IMG/VR virus record: IMGVR_UViG_3300027969_000042
Location: 32,001 to 96,000 of that record
Direction: 5' to 3' (one strand)
From: a virus
Length of the DNA stretch: 64,000 bases
This document shows positions 60,599-64,000 of the stretch, in pieces. The notes below the pieces were generated by a model. That model had not been told where the DNA came from and did no database searches. It was given only the letters and a program-made list of their open reading frames with translations. The first letter of the stretch is position 1; each line of letters starts with the position of its first letter. Both the position numbers and the translations under genes were made by a program.

Positions 60599-60613
60599 AT
60601 GTGAGACTTTTTT
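60577..60613. terminator. Bidirectional terminator
   Basis: AAAAAAGTCTCA...TGAGACTTTTTT. Confidence 0.8.
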
Positions 60614-60640
60614 AATTCATTTATAAAGTAAGAAGAATTA

Positions 60641-60985
60641 TTATCCTAGTGGATTATCTCTTCTGTGAGCAGCAGCTCCTGCAATTTTTTGGAAATCGGA
60701 TGTTCCAGTAATGTATGTAACATACCATTTACCATCTGATTGACTTTGAATTTCTTTCAAATGTCCTTTAAATCCATTTTCTTTAGCTTTAGCTTTTAGT
60801 TTTTCTTTATCAAAAACCATTCTATCATCAGTTTGTGCTTCTTTTTCAAAAGCTTCCAATTCTGTTAAGAATGTTTTCATAGTACCAACTTCTTCTGCTT
60901 TATCGGCATGGCCAGTAAAAAATTTTCTTACAGAACCTTCTTCTTCATTTATTGAGTGTGATTCAAATGTTTTTAAGTATCTCAT
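60641..60985 (-). CDS. Hypothetical protein with CTS-like N-terminus
   Basis: MRYLKTFESHSINEE. Confidence 0.75.
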   Translation of the reverse strand: MRYLKTFESHSINEEEGSVRKFFTGHADKAEEVGTMKTFLTELEAFEKEAQTDDRMVFDKEKLKAKAKENGFKGHLKEIQSQSDGKWYVTYITGTSDFQKIAGAAAHRRDNPLG

Positions 60986-61036
60986 AGTATTATTTATATT
61001 TTTTTTTATTTTTTTATTGAAAGGTTTTAATTCTAC

Positions 61037-61378
61037 CTAAAACGGTGCAACATTTTCTTTGTCGTCTAAAGGATAAGCTTCTTTTTTCTCGAAATCTACA
61101 TGTATTGAATCTCCTACATTAAAAGTAAGATTGTCTGTAGAAAATTCTACTTCTTTACCTTGAGAATCTTTACCGTGTACATTAAAGTAGTTATGTTTAC
61201 CACCACCCATCTCAATTCTTTTAACCATTAAGTCTCCATTGTATTGATCAGATGCCTCACCTTCTACATGTCCATTATGACAAGCAGTCGCTAAAGCCAT
61301 AATAGCACCTAGTGCCACATTTTTAAGATTTAATTCTTCATTTGTTGAATGTGATTCAAATGTTTTTAAATGTTTCAT
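61037..61378 (-). CDS. Hypothetical protein, CTS-like N-terminus followed by a lipobox-like segment
   Basis: MKHLKTFESHSTNEE-LNLKNVALGAIMALATAC. Confidence 0.75.
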   Translation of the reverse strand: MKHLKTFESHSTNEELNLKNVALGAIMALATACHNGHVEGEASDQYNGDLMVKRIEMGGGKHNYFNVHGKDSQGKEVEFSTDNLTFNVGDSIHVDFEKKEAYPLDDKENVAPF

Positions 61379-61451
61379 ATTTATTTATATCTTTTTGACT
61401 TATTATATATTATATTTAAAAAACCATTTTTTTATTTTTTATATAATAACT

Positions 61452-62129
61452 ATGAAAATAATTGACAATGGTAGAGGTATCGGATTTATTGAAGAGGACG
61501 AACCTCAAATAGAACAAAATAGAGAAACATACTTTATTTATGAGAAAGAAGATGTTCCACAGGAACTAATTGATAGATGCGAAGATGCTTCAAAGCTAAC
61601 TGGTGAGACTTATTTTATTTTTGATGGTAAAATAACAACAAAAGTTGTATCTAATTCTTCTTCAAGAGAAGAGAAGCTAGCTTATTTAACTGGTGAACTA
61701 GATCAAGAATTAGAAAAATATAAAGAAACTTATCATATTGGTGATGAAAACTTCTTTAATGATCTACCTTCAAGATTCTCATATTATGATACAGAAACAA
61801 AACTAACTTGTAGATATAAGAAAATTGACTTAGTAATTGAGTATTTAGATAAATTAGGATTTACTAAATCACAATTTAATTATGGTGCAGAATACGAACA
61901 ATCATTCTATATTGAAATACATGATGAAAATAATAAATTCATTGAAAAGTTTATTGTTAGATTACAACCTAACTTATTTTTAAAAGTTATGCACTGTGAT
62001 ACAGACAATACTTCTATTTATAGTGGATTCTTTAATAAACAAAAGATATTGAACGCCATATCTAAAGTTTCTATTGTTGGATATGAATGTATTATGAGAA
62101 ATGCAAAATTAGAAAAGTTATTACAATAA
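61452..62129 (+). CDS. Hypothetical protein
   Basis: Likely start MKIIDNGRG at 61452; ends MRNAKLEKLLQ. Confidence 0.7.
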   Translation: MKIIDNGRGIGFIEEDEPQIEQNRETYFIYEKEDVPQELIDRCEDASKLTGETYFIFDGKITTKVVSNSSSREEKLAYLTGELDQELEKYKETYHIGDENFFNDLPSRFSYYDTETKLTCRYKKIDLVIEYLDKLGFTKSQFNYGAEYEQSFYIEIHDENNKFIEKFIVRLQPNLFLKVMHCDTDNTSIYSGFFNKQKILNAISKVSIVGYECIMRNAKLEKLLQ

Positions 62130-62157
62130 AAAAGTCGAGATTTACTCGACTTTTTTT
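62129..62157. terminator. Bidirectional terminator
   Basis: AAAAAGTCGAG-attta-CTCGACTTTTT. Confidence 0.85.
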
Positions 62158-62158
62158 A

Positions 62159-62980
62159 TTATTTTAATAAGTTATAATACTCATTGAAATGTTTAATTCT
62201 ATCATCTAATCCGATAGTACCACCATTTACTCTTTTTGTTACAGCAGTAACTGTTGCCTTATCAGCACCTTTATCACAGATAGCCCAAAGACCATTAGAG
62301 TTAAAGAAGAAAGCAGCAGAAGCTAAAGGATATTTAGTTGCAACTAAATCTGGATTTGAAGCAATATCTTCTCCAATAAATTTACCGAATCTTGTGTAGT
62401 TTTCTTTACCAGTCAATTGAATAAAACCTCTTCCTCTGAATTTGAATCCTTCTTTTGAAGCTTCATCACCGTTACCCATTCTTGACGCATAAACTCTTGA
62501 GGCAATCTTTTCTGGATTTCTAGCATATAAGTCTGACATATTACCAGGAAAATATTTTCCAAATATTTTTTTCAAACCATCTGCTGAATAATTTACATTT
62601 TCAGTAACTGCTTTGAACCCACCACTCTCGTGACCACACTGTGATAAAAAGTGAGCCAATCTTAAATTTGTTGTAATACCAAATTTTGCAGCAGTATCAG
62701 GAATCTGTGCAATTACTGAATCAGGAATATGTCCTTTTAATTTTTCTAATTTAAGTGTTCCTGACACAACCGGAGCAACTGCTGGAGAAGAGCCAAACAT
62801 TTTTGTCCAAGTTCCATCACCAACGATACCATCTGCAGTTAAACCATTAGCAGTTTGCCATTGTTTTACTAACTTTTCAGTGCCCGGACCAAAATCTCCA
62901 TCTACACTAGTACCTAATTTTTCTTGGAGTTTCTTAACATCATCTCCTTCTGAACCTACTTTTAATAACATAACTTTCAA
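62159..62980 (-). CDS. Endolysin: peptidoglycan-binding domain plus GH19 muramidase
   Basis: LKVGSEGDDVKKLQ..DG.FGPGT..DGIVG; AHFLSQCGHESGGF, RGRGFIQLTG, VNGG. Confidence 0.92.
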   Translation of the reverse strand: MKVMLLKVGSEGDDVKKLQEKLGTSVDGDFGPGTEKLVKQWQTANGLTADGIVGDGTWTKMFGSSPAVAPVVSGTLKLEKLKGHIPDSVIAQIPDTAAKFGITTNLRLAHFLSQCGHESGGFKAVTENVNYSADGLKKIFGKYFPGNMSDLYARNPEKIASRVYASRMGNGDEASKEGFKFRGRGFIQLTGKENYTRFGKFIGEDIASNPDLVATKYPLASAAFFFNSNGLWAICDKGADKATVTAVTKRVNGGTIGLDDRIKHFNEYYNLLK

Positions 62981-63024
62981 TATTTTCTTTTATATATTTA
63001 AAAAAAATATTGAAATTTATCCTA

Positions 63025-63372
63025 CTAGTTAAGTAATTGTTTAATTATCGAGTCTCTATTGTACTTTATGAACCAGTTTTTATCATTAAATTCTATCTCA
63101 TAAATAATCTTAGTATTGGGATAGTCAATGTTTTCAAGTGTTATATCTGAGTTTTCTAATTTCATATGAATATATTTTTTCTTTATTCCATAGATATTAC
63201 TTAACTTAATGATAAATCGATCAGAGTATGTCATTCTTAAAGAATTATCATCTTCTATTTTATAGATTGTACTAATATCATAAAACCCGATGTGTTTATC
63301 ACCACACTTTATTTCAACTGTGTTATGTACACATAACTTTTGATAGGATAATCTATTAATTTTTAATTGCAT
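63025..63372 (-). CDS. Hypothetical protein
   Basis: 115 aa ending NRDSIIKQLLN; the start codon is uncertain. Confidence 0.6.
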   Translation of the reverse strand: MQLKINRLSYQKLCVHNTVEIKCGDKHIGFYDISTIYKIEDDNSLRMTYSDRFIIKLSNIYGIKKKYIHMKLENSDITLENIDYPNTKIIYEIEFNDKNWFIKYNRDSIIKQLLN

Positions 63373-63408
63373 GAAACAAATATAGTTTTTTTATTTAATA
63401 TATATATT

Positions 63409-63912
63409 ATGAAATACTTAAAATTATATCAAAAGTTTTTTGAAGATGGTGAAGGTGGCGGAACCGCTACCGTAAATGTTTCAAATACTGCAGGAATGGG
63501 TGCGGTTGTTGCTGCACAAGTTGGTCCTTTACCAGGTGTACCTGGAACAAGTGGATCAGGTGACATTGGATTTGGATTAGGTGGTGCACAAACTAAAACA
63601 CCAATAGACAGTTTCAATGGTAAGAAGAAAAAGAAAGATAAAAAAGGTGATCCTAGTCAAGTATCTGATTTAAGAGATTTAGAGGAAGTAAGTACTAGCG
63701 AGTCATTGGGATGGGAAGAACCAAGTGATGATAATACATTTGATTCTGCAACAAAATGTGTAGAATTATATTACTGGCTTTGTAATGATAAAGTTGATAA
63801 AGAACTACTTGATAAAGGTATTGAAGAAATAACCGGTGGTGAAGGTTGGTATTCACTAGATGATGAAACACTTAATCAACTAATTGACTTTTTAGAAAAC
63901 TATAATAAATAA
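63409..63912 (+). CDS. Hypothetical protein with CTS-like N-terminus
   Basis: Likely start MKYLKLYQKFFED at 63409, directly behind TAATATATATA. Confidence 0.7.
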   Translation: MKYLKLYQKFFEDGEGGGTATVNVSNTAGMGAVVAAQVGPLPGVPGTSGSGDIGFGLGGAQTKTPIDSFNGKKKKKDKKGDPSQVSDLRDLEEVSTSESLGWEEPSDDNTFDSATKCVELYYWLCNDKVDKELLDKGIEEITGGEGWYSLDDETLNQLIDFLENYNK

Positions 63913-63913
63913 A

Positions 63914-63943
63914 AAAAATCCCATCATTTGATGGGATTTTTTT
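63914..63943. terminator. Intrinsic terminator
   Basis: AAAAATCCCATCA-tt-TGATGGGATTTTT. Confidence 0.85.
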
Positions 63944-64000
63944 ATACTAATTTATCTAATAATTCACCTCTTTTTTGAGATTTTGTTTTAAACTTAGGAC

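Noticed and set aside
1-64000. Stop-codon reassignment as in some large Bacteroidota phages
   Set aside because: Long genes translate intact in the standard code with high coding density, and TAG ends genes at sensible positions (e.g. the 55889..56476 ORF).

Overview
64-kb segment of a very AT-rich, large T4-like tailed dsDNA phage genome (standard genetic code). No tRNA, rRNA or CRISPR array was seen. The host is inferred to be Bacteroidota, probably Flavobacteriia, from TAnnTTTG (-7) promoters, A-rich Shine-Dalgarno-less starts, a Flavobacterium-like glyA fragment and a T9SS-cargo-like gene. Content: virion/tail-fibre genes (1-16 kb, 39-46 kb); phoH; an M20/M28 peptidase; a nucleotide-processing island (2 NUDIX, OB-less ligase, NTase, macro-like, SLOG, metallophosphoesterase; 20.8-26.6 kb); uvsX; a RuvC-like nuclease; a DNA methylase; Ro60/TROVE; nrdA; gp41-like and DinG-like helicases; the N-terminal half of a split family-B polymerase; and a GH19 endolysin. 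Best leads: (1) two Y-RNA-like structured RNAs sharing a fixed motif, plus a terminator, directly upstream of Ro60; (2) about 19 unrelated proteins with a T4 capsid-targeting-sequence-like N-terminus, many behind an ATATATA late-type promoter; (3) a second peptide tag (R-x-x-K-I/L-x-x-L) shared by about 10 small proteins, one of which is a stand-alone fragment of the gp23 capsid fold; (4) a three-way-junction RNA leader. All family assignments come from motif recognition by eye, not database searches.
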